27,923 nt of DNA from a virus (lineage: Duplodnaviria; Caudoviricetes): IMG/VR virus record IMGVR_UViG_3300025635_000129, positions 1 through 27,923 of that record. One strand, 5' to 3'. Positions 17,954 to 26,471 of this stretch are shown here, piece by piece. Positions within the stretch are counted from its first letter, which is position 1, and each line of letters starts with the position of its first letter. The notes under the pieces were generated by a model. The model saw only the letters and a list, made by a program, of their open reading frames with translations. It made no database searches and was not told the origin of the DNA. The position numbers and the translations under genes were made by a program.

Positions 17954-19202
17954 AGACATTATAGTACTATTAGCACGTGGCGTTGAAGGATGCGGCGTAA
18001 CAAAACATACTGTAGAACTATGCAAGTGGTTTGAAAAAAATAACTATGCATACACAGTAGTTGCATCTAAAGACAAAGCTTGGTCGAGAAAGAAGTGTCA
18101 CGAAGTAAAGAACTTACAAGAATATAAGTTCTCACTGCCATCTGAGATCGATAAGATCATAGACAGATGTAATCGTGCTGATTTAGTTATTGTCAACTCT
18201 CTTCCATCCAAGAGCAACGATCGTGGTAAAGGCCATGGTGATGAGTGTGTTAATGGATTTAAACGTATATTGGAATCAGTGAATAAGTCATTTGTTCTTA
18301 TTCAACATGATCATATCATGCATTCTATTAAGCGTAACGAAGCATTAAAAGAATCTATTGATAAAGCAAAAGTTATCTTTGCACACAGCAACACTGGTGA
18401 TTTTGCTACTGTAGTTAATGAGCAGCATTCTACTGGAACAGCCGCATCTCTGATGAATTTTTTTGAAGAAGAGAAGAAGCCATTCTACACTTTTCAACCG
18501 GGAATGATGTTTGATGAGTTGAGAGAAAAGTATTGGCGACCAATTGAAGAACAAGATCCAAAGTCGCATAAATGGATCGGAAGAACAACATCATGGAAAG
18601 GCTATAACATGATGCTGGATTTCCATAATAAGTACTTAATGCCTAATGGCTACTTGACTACACTTGAAGGAATTGAAAGATCACCTGCTTTCATAGACTT
18701 TAAGGCAAAACATAAAGATAGATTCATTAATTATATTAGTCCTACACCACTTGATCCCGATAACATTGATCTATCTAAACACTATGGTGACTATGCAGCA
18801 TGCTTTAGTTTGTATAAAAATGATAATATGTTGAAGAGAGCAGCAAAGACAGGATTCTGTTATCAGCTTTCTATCTTAGCACCACGATTCATCAAACACT
18901 CCATCGAGTATACACATTGCGAATTAGCAGCAATTGGAACCATTCCAGTATTTCGTAAAGAATATGGCGATGCATGCATTCATCGAGCACAGGGTAAACC
19001 ATTAACTGAATGTAAAGATAGCGGTACAATTTGGTTATCAGAAAATAACATGGCAGATGCATTAGATTCGATAAATAAACTATCGGCCGATGATGTGATG
19101 AGAGATGAGCATCGGCATATGGCATATAACTTTTATAAAGAACACCAAGATTCATCTTATGTGTTCACTGACTTGATGGTAAAGATACAAAAGCATGTTT
19201 AA
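17946..19202 (+). CDS. agt: DNA alpha-glucosyltransferase (GT-B)
   Basis: ARGVEGCGVTK, QHDH, WIGRTT.WKG, EG.ERSPAF, EYTH.EL...GTIPVF match T4 AGT along its length. Confidence 0.9.
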   Translation: MIKDIIVLLARGVEGCGVTKHTVELCKWFEKNNYAYTVVASKDKAWSRKKCHEVKNLQEYKFSLPSEIDKIIDRCNRADLVIVNSLPSKSNDRGKGHGDECVNGFKRILESVNKSFVLIQHDHIMHSIKRNEALKESIDKAKVIFAHSNTGDFATVVNEQHSTGTAASLMNFFEEEKKPFYTFQPGMMFDELREKYWRPIEEQDPKSHKWIGRTTSWKGYNMMLDFHNKYLMPNGYLTTLEGIERSPAFIDFKAKHKDRFINYISPTPLDPDNIDLSKHYGDYAACFSLYKNDNMLKRAAKTGFCYQLSILAPRFIKHSIEYTHCELAAIGTIPVFRKEYGDACIHRAQGKPLTECKDSGTIWLSENNMADALDSINKLSADDVMRDEHRHMAYNFYKEHQDSSYVFTDLMVKIQKHV

Positions 19203-20385
19203 ACACGCAACTATAGTCCCGCTCATAGGTGGTGAAACAATAGGTTCAATGAAAGCATTTGGTACTCCTCCTGAGTATCTTATGTCTTATAAAGCATTCA
19301 ATAAAAATGATTCCCATATTGTCAATTATTTTCAAAATAGTATACCATATTATGTTCTAGATGACGATGCAAAACCAAATAAGAAAGTTGATGTAATTGG
19401 TTCTGTTTGTCCTTGTGCAGGATTATCGATGTTGTCTCAAGGTTATGGCGATGATAATCCTAATAACAAATGGTTACTTGAAACTACTAAGTATGTCTTA
19501 TCTGACCTTAAGCCAAAAGTCCTATGGGGCGAAAACGCGCCACAGCTGATAGGTAAAATTGGTATCAATATTCGTGCACAGATGTATAAAATTGGGCGTG
19601 ACAACGGCTATAGCATGACGATCTACAAGACACGATCTTTGCTACATGGTGTGCCTCAGGTTCGCGACAGAACGTTCTACTTTTTTTGGCAAGGCGATCG
19701 CGCACCACTATTAAATTATTACAACATTCCTCTTACACGTATTGAAGATGTTATTTTAAACATAAAGACATCTAGTCAAATGGAGCCAATCAATCCTAGA
19801 ACACCTACTGATGATCCTTATTACAAGTTTGTCCTTGAGGAAATACATGGCGGAATGAGTCATCGTGATTTTTTCAACGCGGTTGACACAGACAAAGAAA
19901 TAAATGTTGTGATGTATGCTCAAAAGATGGGATACAACTATAAACAAATTGCGGATTGGATGAACAACAGAGGATATGAAAAAGAAATTAGAAAATGTAT
20001 GTATAAGTTTGATAAGTTGAATGATGGAAAAAATGTGATGCAGAGAGGTACAACTATTCCCAAAGGTCATATCGGTGCGTTTGTAAGCCATTACCCAATT
20101 TGCTTAACACATCCCCATGAAAATAGATTCATAACTTATAGAGAAGCAATGTCGATCATGGGTATGCCAGAAGACTTTGAATTATTGAATGCTAAGAGAT
20201 CCGTTAATCATATTTGCCAAAATGTTCCAGTTCAAACTGCAGTAGACATGGCAACTGAGATACGTGAGTATCTATTAGGTAATAGAGAAATGATCAATAG
20301 CACTCATGTATTTCAGTATAACCAAAACAAAACGCATAAGGTGATGGATGAAAGGAGTTCTACTTTAGAGGAGTTTTTACAATGA
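19195..20385 (+). CDS. C5-cytosine methyltransferase-fold protein with atypical SAM-binding motifs
   Basis: PC (VCPCAGLS), ENA, PQVRDR, TYREAM.IMG.P..F present; motif I reads PLIGG, motif X reads CQNVP. Confidence 0.8.
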   Translation: MFKHATIVPLIGGETIGSMKAFGTPPEYLMSYKAFNKNDSHIVNYFQNSIPYYVLDDDAKPNKKVDVIGSVCPCAGLSMLSQGYGDDNPNNKWLLETTKYVLSDLKPKVLWGENAPQLIGKIGINIRAQMYKIGRDNGYSMTIYKTRSLLHGVPQVRDRTFYFFWQGDRAPLLNYYNIPLTRIEDVILNIKTSSQMEPINPRTPTDDPYYKFVLEEIHGGMSHRDFFNAVDTDKEINVVMYAQKMGYNYKQIADWMNNRGYEKEIRKCMYKFDKLNDGKNVMQRGTTIPKGHIGAFVSHYPICLTHPHENRFITYREAMSIMGMPEDFELLNAKRSVNHICQNVPVQTAVDMATEIREYLLGNREMINSTHVFQYNQNKTHKVMDERSSTLEEFLQ

Positions 20386-20804
20386 TTAATTACAAGTATA
20401 ATGAAGATAGTGCGTTGCAAGAAATAAAATCATATATAGATTCTACATACAATCAGCACTATAGTGGTAAGTATCAAGCAACTGATATGATAATCGATGC
20501 AGGTCATGGTACAGGATTTTGCATTGGTAATATAATGAAGTATGCAAAGCGCTATGGTAAGAAAGATGGGCGCAATAAAAAAGATCTTTTAAAAATCATA
20601 CATTATGCAATGATTCAATTGTATGTACAAGATCATGATGCAGAAAATGAACAAATTAAGAGCGTTAAGCTTTCCCCAGCGGAAGACTCTATATTTGCTT
20701 TGCTTAAAGCAGAATCTATAACTAACGAAGCATGTTATAGAAATAAACCCATTAACCCTGTATCTAAAATGTGTCATGCGTGTGACTGTTGGAAAAGTAA
20801 ATAA
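20382..20804 (+). CDS. DUF3310-like (T7 gp1.7-related) protein with Cys-rich tail
   Basis: HY, GFC.GN.MKY..RYGKK, KDL.K..HY; tail CYRNKPINPVSKMCHACDCWK. Confidence 0.75.
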   Translation: MINYKYNEDSALQEIKSYIDSTYNQHYSGKYQATDMIIDAGHGTGFCIGNIMKYAKRYGKKDGRNKKDLLKIIHYAMIQLYVQDHDAENEQIKSVKLSPAEDSIFALLKAESITNEACYRNKPINPVSKMCHACDCWKSK

Positions 20805-20815
20805 AGGAGAATTGA

Positions 20816-21697
20816 ATGAGTGAAGAAAATACACAACCTACTAATAATGGGTTTCAGGTTAAAGTTCCTGTAGAAGTTCTAAGACAACGTAAGTTGTTTC
20901 TTGCTACGCCGATGTATGGCGGCCAGTGTACTGGAATGTTTGCTAGATCGGTCGCTGATTTAGCAGCTCTATGCACACAATATGGTGTGCAGTTACAGTT
21001 ATACTTCTTGTTTAATGAATCTCTAATTACACGAGCAAGAAATTATTGTTGTGATGAGTTCATGCGCTCAGGCGCGACTCACTTGATGTTTATTGATTCG
21101 GACATCGGATTTAACCCTCAAGACGTAATTGCGCTTTTAGCTATTCAAGATGAAACTAGTCCTTATGACGTAATCGGTGGTCCTTATCCTAAGAAGTGTA
21201 TCTCATGGGAAAAGATCAAGATGGCTGTCGATAAGGGTGTTGCAGATGAGGATCCAAATCGTCTTGAGAAGTTTGTAGGCGACTACGTCTTTAATCCAAA
21301 GTCCGGTCAAACCCAGATTCCAATTGGACAACCGGTTGAAGTCTCTGAGATTGGTACAGGGTTCATGATGATTCGTCGTCGCACTTTTGAGAAGTATGCG
21401 GAAGCTTTCCCAGAACTTTCTTACAAGCCTGACCATGTTCGTACAGAGCACTTCGATGGTTCTCGTGAAATCATGGCGTACTTTGATTGCATCATTGATC
21501 CAGAATCAAAGCGATACTTATCGGAAGATTATATGTTCTGTTATAACGTGCAGAAGATGGGTGGTCAAGTTTGGTTCTGTCCTTGGATGCAGTTGCAGCA
21601 TGTTGGCACATATATCTTTGGCGGTTCATTGGCAGATCTTGCATCGATTGGCGCGGCAGCAACAGCAGATGCAGGACTTCTAAAGAGAAAGAAGTGA
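20816..21697 (+). CDS. GT-A fold glycosyltransferase
   Basis: ATPMYGG, SLITRARN, FIDSD (DxD), GTGFMMI.R, SEDY.FC, H.G. Confidence 0.82.
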   Translation: MSEENTQPTNNGFQVKVPVEVLRQRKLFLATPMYGGQCTGMFARSVADLAALCTQYGVQLQLYFLFNESLITRARNYCCDEFMRSGATHLMFIDSDIGFNPQDVIALLAIQDETSPYDVIGGPYPKKCISWEKIKMAVDKGVADEDPNRLEKFVGDYVFNPKSGQTQIPIGQPVEVSEIGTGFMMIRRRTFEKYAEAFPELSYKPDHVRTEHFDGSREIMAYFDCIIDPESKRYLSEDYMFCYNVQKMGGQVWFCPWMQLQHVGTYIFGGSLADLASIGAAATADAGLLKRKK

Positions 21698-21707
21698 GGT
21701 TAATATT

Positions 21708-22370
21708 ATGAAGTTGAGTGCAAAGACTCTACAGGTGCTGAAGAATTTCAGCACCATCAATCCTTCGATTATGTTTGAGGCAGGTAGCCAATTGGCCACC
21801 ATCTCACCTCAAAAGACAATCATGGCAAAAGCAAAGATTGATGAAGTGATCGAAACCGATTTTGGAATCTTTGATTTGAATCGATTTCTTGGAGTGCTAT
21901 CTTTATTTAATGATCCAAGTCTTTCATTTCATGAAAATTACTTGAAGATTTCGGATGGAGGTAAGAGTGTAAACTTTATCTTTGCAGACCCAATGTTGCT
22001 CATCTTACCCCCAAAGAAAGAGATTAAATTCAATGATCCATATGTTTCATTCAACCTGAGTAATGAAACATTTCAAAGTGTGATGAAGGGTGCTAGTGTC
22101 CTTCAGCTTCCAGAGATTGCAATTGAAGGAAGTAGTGGAAGACTTTATTGTAAGGCTGTTGATGTTAAGAGTCCTACTAATAACTCATTTGAAATTGATC
22201 TTCAAGAAGAATCAAAGAAGTTTAAGATTATTTTTTCATGTAACAATTTGAAACTTTTGAATAAAGATTATAATGTGATGATCACCAAAGGAATTGCTAA
22301 GTTTGTCTCGACAGATAATGAAGTTGAGTATTTTATTGCAACTGAAACAACTAGTACTTATGGGGAATGA
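21708..22370 (+). CDS. gp45: Sliding clamp
   Basis: MKLS..TL.VLKNFS.IN.SI, FGIFDL..FL, YFIA.E. Confidence 0.95.
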   Translation: MKLSAKTLQVLKNFSTINPSIMFEAGSQLATISPQKTIMAKAKIDEVIETDFGIFDLNRFLGVLSLFNDPSLSFHENYLKISDGGKSVNFIFADPMLLILPPKKEIKFNDPYVSFNLSNETFQSVMKGASVLQLPEIAIEGSSGRLYCKAVDVKSPTNNSFEIDLQEESKKFKIIFSCNNLKLLNKDYNVMITKGIAKFVSTDNEVEYFIATETTSTYGE

Positions 22371-22615
22371 TGATGATTGAACAAGATAAGAATGAACTTC
22401 GTGGTGTGTTGCAAGAGATCTCAAACTCAATGACAAGGATGCATGCAGAGAAAGAGTATATCAAAGAAGCTATCACAGCTGCATCTGAGAAGTATCAACT
22501 TAATAAGAAGTTTCTTCGTAAGATGGCAAAGGTGTATCATCAAAATAATTTTACAGATGAAGTGTCTGACATGGAGGAGTTTCAGCAGCTATACGAAACA
22601 ATTGTTCTGACTTAA
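22367..22615 (+). CDS. dsbA: dsDNA-binding protein, T4 DsbA-like
   Basis: About 80 aa helical protein, EISNS...IKE...YH..N...E.EEF..LYETI pattern. Confidence 0.7.
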   Translation: MMMIEQDKNELRGVLQEISNSMTRMHAEKEYIKEAITAASEKYQLNKKFLRKMAKVYHQNNFTDEVSDMEEFQQLYETIVLT

Positions 22616-22630
22616 TTGGAGTTTTATATT

Positions 22631-23572
22631 ATGATTCGTGATGATTTTTTGTGGTCTCAGGCATATCGTCCGAGGTCTGTTTCTGAGTGCATTCTTCCAA
22701 CACAGCTAAAGAACACATTTCAACAGTTTGTTGATAAGGGTTCTATTCCTAACATGCTTCTAACCGGACGTGCTGGAGTGGGTAAAACCACTGTAGCACG
22801 AGCTATGCTCGAGCAACTCGAGTGTGATTATATGGTTATAAATGGTTCAATGAATGGTAACATTGATACGTTGAGAAACGATATTAATCAATTCGCTTCA
22901 TCTATGTCTTTGATCGGAGGTAGAAAATATGTCATCCTTGATGAGGCAGATTATCTAAATCCCAACTCTACTCAACCTGCACTTAGAAATTTCATGGAAG
23001 AATTTTCTAAGAATTGCGGGTTCATCCTTACTTGTAATTTTAAGAATCGTATCATTGAGCCTCTGCATAGTCGATGTACTGTGGTTGATTTCAAGATTCC
23101 TAATAATGAAAAAGATAAGATGGCTTCTCAATTCTTAAAAAGAATTAAGACTATCTTGGATAAAGAACAGGTCGAATATGATCAATCTGCAGTTGCACAG
23201 CTTATCATTAGGTATTTTCCAGATTGGCGTAGAGTTCTAAACGAGCTTCAGCGCTACTCTGTAAATGGTAAGATTGATTCTGGAATCCTAGCCAATACAA
23301 GCGATGATAACATCAAGATGCTAATTTCTTTTCTGAAGGAGAAGTCATTTACTAATATGAGAAAGTGGGTTGGGGAAAATAGCGATATCGAATCTTCTGT
23401 CTTGTTTAGGAAGCTCTATGATATAGCTTCAACTACAATGAAGCCAGCTTCCATTCCTCAACTTGTTTTGATAATTGGTGATTATCAATATAAGGCAGCG
23501 TTCGTTGCAGATCCAGAGATTAACATCGTAGCCTGCCTAACGATGATCATGACTGAGTGTGAATTTACATGA
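22631..23572 (+). CDS. gp44: Clamp loader large subunit
   Basis: YRP, GRAGVGKTT, ILDEAD, LHSRC, FPDWRR; start ATG 22631 after GGAG. Confidence 0.97.
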   Translation: MIRDDFLWSQAYRPRSVSECILPTQLKNTFQQFVDKGSIPNMLLTGRAGVGKTTVARAMLEQLECDYMVINGSMNGNIDTLRNDINQFASSMSLIGGRKYVILDEADYLNPNSTQPALRNFMEEFSKNCGFILTCNFKNRIIEPLHSRCTVVDFKIPNNEKDKMASQFLKRIKTILDKEQVEYDQSAVAQLIIRYFPDWRRVLNELQRYSVNGKIDSGILANTSDDNIKMLISFLKEKSFTNMRKWVGENSDIESSVLFRKLYDIASTTMKPASIPQLVLIIGDYQYKAAFVADPEINIVACLTMIMTECEFT

Positions 23573-23955
23573 AACCATTTGACTATGTCAATGCGGTAAG
23601 TGATAGTAAAAAGAATTTGATGGTAGGAACCGAAAATGATGAGTTAGCTGAGAAAGGATACAATGCTTTCTTGACCAATAAATCGCTATCATATCATATG
23701 GACGTGATCTTGTATGTGAATGAGATGAATCAATATGCATCTCTAGACAACAAGTTACAGTTCGATTATTATCTCCATGGGATCACTAAAAAGAAAAGAT
23801 TTAGCAAATGGGCAAAGAAAATAAAAGATGAAGATGTTGAAGTAGTGTCTGAATGGTATGGGTGTAGTTTTGCCAAAGCCACTGAAATCTTAAAAATAAT
23901 AAATAATAAACAATTGGATTTCATAAAACAAAAATTACAAAAAGGTGGAGCATAA
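23569..23955 (+). CDS. gp62: Clamp loader small subunit
   Basis: Y..F..N..LS, NEMN, QFDYY, KKRFSKW, KGG end. Confidence 0.93.
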   Translation: MKPFDYVNAVSDSKKNLMVGTENDELAEKGYNAFLTNKSLSYHMDVILYVNEMNQYASLDNKLQFDYYLHGITKKKRFSKWAKKIKDEDVEVVSEWYGCSFAKATEILKIINNKQLDFIKQKLQKGGA

Positions 23956-23956
23956 T

Positions 23957-24352
23957 ATGAATGTAGTAGACACACTCGTAAAAGTCGAATTAGATCAACA
24001 GGAAGATTTCTTAAAGATAAAAGAAACACTGACAAGAATCGGTGTAGCTTCTAAAAAAGATAAAACACTGTATCAATCATGCCATATTCTTCATAAGCAA
24101 GGATCTTATTATATAGTTCACTTTAAAGAATTATTTATGCTGGATGGGAAACCATCCAATTTTTCAGATGAAGATAGGGCAAGAAGAAACACAATTGCAA
24201 CACTTCTAGAGCAATGGGGTTTGCTCAAGATAAATAATAAAGATCAACTAGAAAGTGGATTGGCTCCTATTAGCCAGGTGAAAATAATCTCACACAAAGA
24301 AAAAGATGAATGGGAATTGGTTGCTAAATATAATATCGGAAGAAAAAGATAA
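23957..24352 (+). CDS. regA: Translational repressor RegA
   Basis: DFLKIKETLTRIG, LYQSCHILHKQG.YYIVHFKELF; start ATG 23957. Confidence 0.97.
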   Translation: MNVVDTLVKVELDQQEDFLKIKETLTRIGVASKKDKTLYQSCHILHKQGSYYIVHFKELFMLDGKPSNFSDEDRARRNTIATLLEQWGLLKINNKDQLESGLAPISQVKIISHKEKDEWELVAKYNIGRKR

Positions 24353-24369
24353 AGCAAAAGGAAACAGCA

Positions 24370-24789
24370 ATGACCAAATCATATGCAGATTTTATAAGCC
24401 AGCAACAAGCTAAGCTTAGAGGAGCCGGATTAGCTGATGAAGTTGTTCAAGAAGATATCGAACAAATAGATGAAGTAGGTTATCAGACAAGAAAAGATAT
24501 TGAATTTGAGCTTGGGCATGAAGATCGAGCTCGTGCCGACGCGTGGTCTAGAAGAAATAAGTGGATTCAAACGGGTGGAAGACTTTCAACGAAAGGACCG
24601 CGTCATATATTCAAATCTCATGAAAAAGCAGATCCTAATAATGTAGATCATGTTGGCATGCTTCGTAGATGGGGTGTTAAACCCACCAGTAATGGAAAAG
24701 GCTGGCATGTTGCAGCTGGGTCTATGGGTTCTGACCATATGAGAGCACTTACTGGTCAAGAACCAACAGAATGGAGCCCCAAATCTTAA
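24370..24789 (+). CDS. Hypothetical protein, candidate internal head protein
   Basis: N-terminus MTKSYADFI resembles the T4 IP capsid-targeting sequence; acidic EDIEQIDE linker then basic domain. Confidence 0.6.
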   Translation: MTKSYADFISQQQAKLRGAGLADEVVQEDIEQIDEVGYQTRKDIEFELGHEDRARADAWSRRNKWIQTGGRLSTKGPRHIFKSHEKADPNNVDHVGMLRRWGVKPTSNGKGWHVAAGSMGSDHMRALTGQEPTEWSPKS

Positions 24790-24820
24790 ATAATATTTGT
24801 TTTAACTCGTCTGTAACAAT

Positions 24821-24852
24821 CTCCGGTTAAATAATATAGTGTTTAACCGGAG
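24821..24852 (+). promoter_or_regulatory. 11-bp inverted repeat sequestering the SD of the PstS-like gene
   Basis: CTCCGGTTAAA-N10-TTTAACCGGAG, perfect stem; GGAG lies in the 3' arm. Confidence 0.7.
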
Positions 24853-24860
24853 TAATGTTT

Positions 24861-26426
24861 ATGAAATTACAATGTATTTTATTTTCTTCCATTCTAGCCT
24901 TTTCTTCCCTCGCTCATTCTTTACCAGCCACTCAATTTGTAGAATCAGATGCCACGAATCAAGTAACGATTCGTATGTCAGGCGCAACCGCGCACGACGC
25001 AGGTCTTTTACTTTTATTGAGAAATACTACACCTGGTTCTGTAATTTGCAAACCAAATACACTCGATGTGTATATCTCTTCTGCAAAGAATGATGCTCTA
25101 TATTTTTGTACTGGTGGAGTAAACTCTGGTGCAAACAATAAGAGAATTGCAATTCTTAAGGAATCAGATGGCGGTTCTGGTGTTGGCGTAGGTCCTCTTG
25201 TTCGTGCTCAGGAAACTCTAAACATTTCTGATGGGACAACCATTACTAGGAATTGGATAGACCCAAGTGATGCTACGATTCGTGCTTCTGTCGGCGTGAC
25301 TAAGCCAGCGTCTGGCGCATTCTCTGCATATAAAGAACATGCTGGAATGCCTGCTACGGCTGTCACCACAGTCGGTGCTGCTGACGTAGGAATATCTGAT
25401 ATTGAACCTGCAAGGTTTGCACAGATTTATACTCCTGTTATAACCGCTGTTGAACTAAACGCTCTACAGATAAATGGTATCTCAGGTGTCATCTTTGGTG
25501 TACCTGTTACCAAATCAATCTATCAGAGGCTACAAGCTCTTCAGTTTGCCACGACAAGCGTATGTCATCCTAGCAATGCTGGGTATGGTTTGATTACTGA
25601 TTCAACGTCCAAGGCTTCTTCAGAAGAATGCATGCCTTCATTGAACAAGGACCAAGTTGCAGGAATGTATACTGGTACTCTTACGACATGGAGCCAGATT
25701 CGTTCTGCAATCAACAAGACTGAAACTGCTGCAAGTGTTGCACCATACGGCGCGCTTACAGACGCCAACATCTATGTTCAAAGAAGATTCGCCACCTCAG
25801 GCACACAAAGAAGTTTTGAGATCTATTTTGCTGACACAGGTTGTGTTGTAGGTGCTCGTAAGTTTCTTGATAAGACCAATGCTCTCGTCACTGAAAACTC
25901 AGGAACAAACAATGTAATCAGTGGGCTCAATGGTGCTGAAACAGCTGGCAAAGGTTCGATAGGAATTCTTACCACAGAAAAGATACCAAGCTCTTCTGAT
26001 GGTTGGAGATTCGTCAAGCTCAATGGCGCTGCGCCAAGTCTACTCAATGTAGTCAAAGGAACTTATGATCTTTATTTTGAATCCACCATTCAATGGAGAA
26101 GAGTTCCTGTTGCAGGGCTACCTGCAATCGCTACTGATAAGAAAGGTGTAGCTACATCCATTGTGAATCAGATGGGTAACCCTGCTGTTGTCTCCACACT
26201 CGATATCAGCTTCTCTCATCCTTTTGGTCGTGCTGGTCTTGTAGGAAACGCCATCAAGAATAAACTTAATGCGCCTACTACACCATTCATTGCCTCTGGC
26301 TCAAATCCTTCTGACACTTCTGACGTTTACGTTCGCCCAATTGCCTCATCCACAAGAGGTCCAAACGGCGTTCCAAATGCATGTCTTAATCCTTCCAAGG
26401 TGAATGCATCACAACCAGGATTGTAA
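24861..26426 (+). CDS. Large secreted PstS-like (type 2 periplasmic binding fold) protein
   Basis: Signal peptide; SGATA, GGSGVG, ADVGISD, RRFATSGT (R...SGT), KLNG.AP...GTY; start 24861 best spaced from SD (24855 alternative). Confidence 0.7.
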   Translation: MKLQCILFSSILAFSSLAHSLPATQFVESDATNQVTIRMSGATAHDAGLLLLLRNTTPGSVICKPNTLDVYISSAKNDALYFCTGGVNSGANNKRIAILKESDGGSGVGVGPLVRAQETLNISDGTTITRNWIDPSDATIRASVGVTKPASGAFSAYKEHAGMPATAVTTVGAADVGISDIEPARFAQIYTPVITAVELNALQINGISGVIFGVPVTKSIYQRLQALQFATTSVCHPSNAGYGLITDSTSKASSEECMPSLNKDQVAGMYTGTLTTWSQIRSAINKTETAASVAPYGALTDANIYVQRRFATSGTQRSFEIYFADTGCVVGARKFLDKTNALVTENSGTNNVISGLNGAETAGKGSIGILTTEKIPSSSDGWRFVKLNGAAPSLLNVVKGTYDLYFESTIQWRRVPVAGLPAIATDKKGVATSIVNQMGNPAVVSTLDISFSHPFGRAGLVGNAIKNKLNAPTTPFIASGSNPSDTSDVYVRPIASSTRGPNGVPNACLNPSKVNASQPGL

Positions 26427-26440
26427 TTTTATTGTACCAG

Positions 26441-26471
26441 TTTACTTAATTATGTGATTGTTGTATAAATA
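26441..26471 (+). promoter_or_regulatory. Composite early (TTTACT-N17-TATAAA) and late (TATAAATA 26464-26471) promoter for hsp20
   Basis: GTTTAC matches the T4 early -35; exact late consensus overlaps the -10. Confidence 0.7.
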
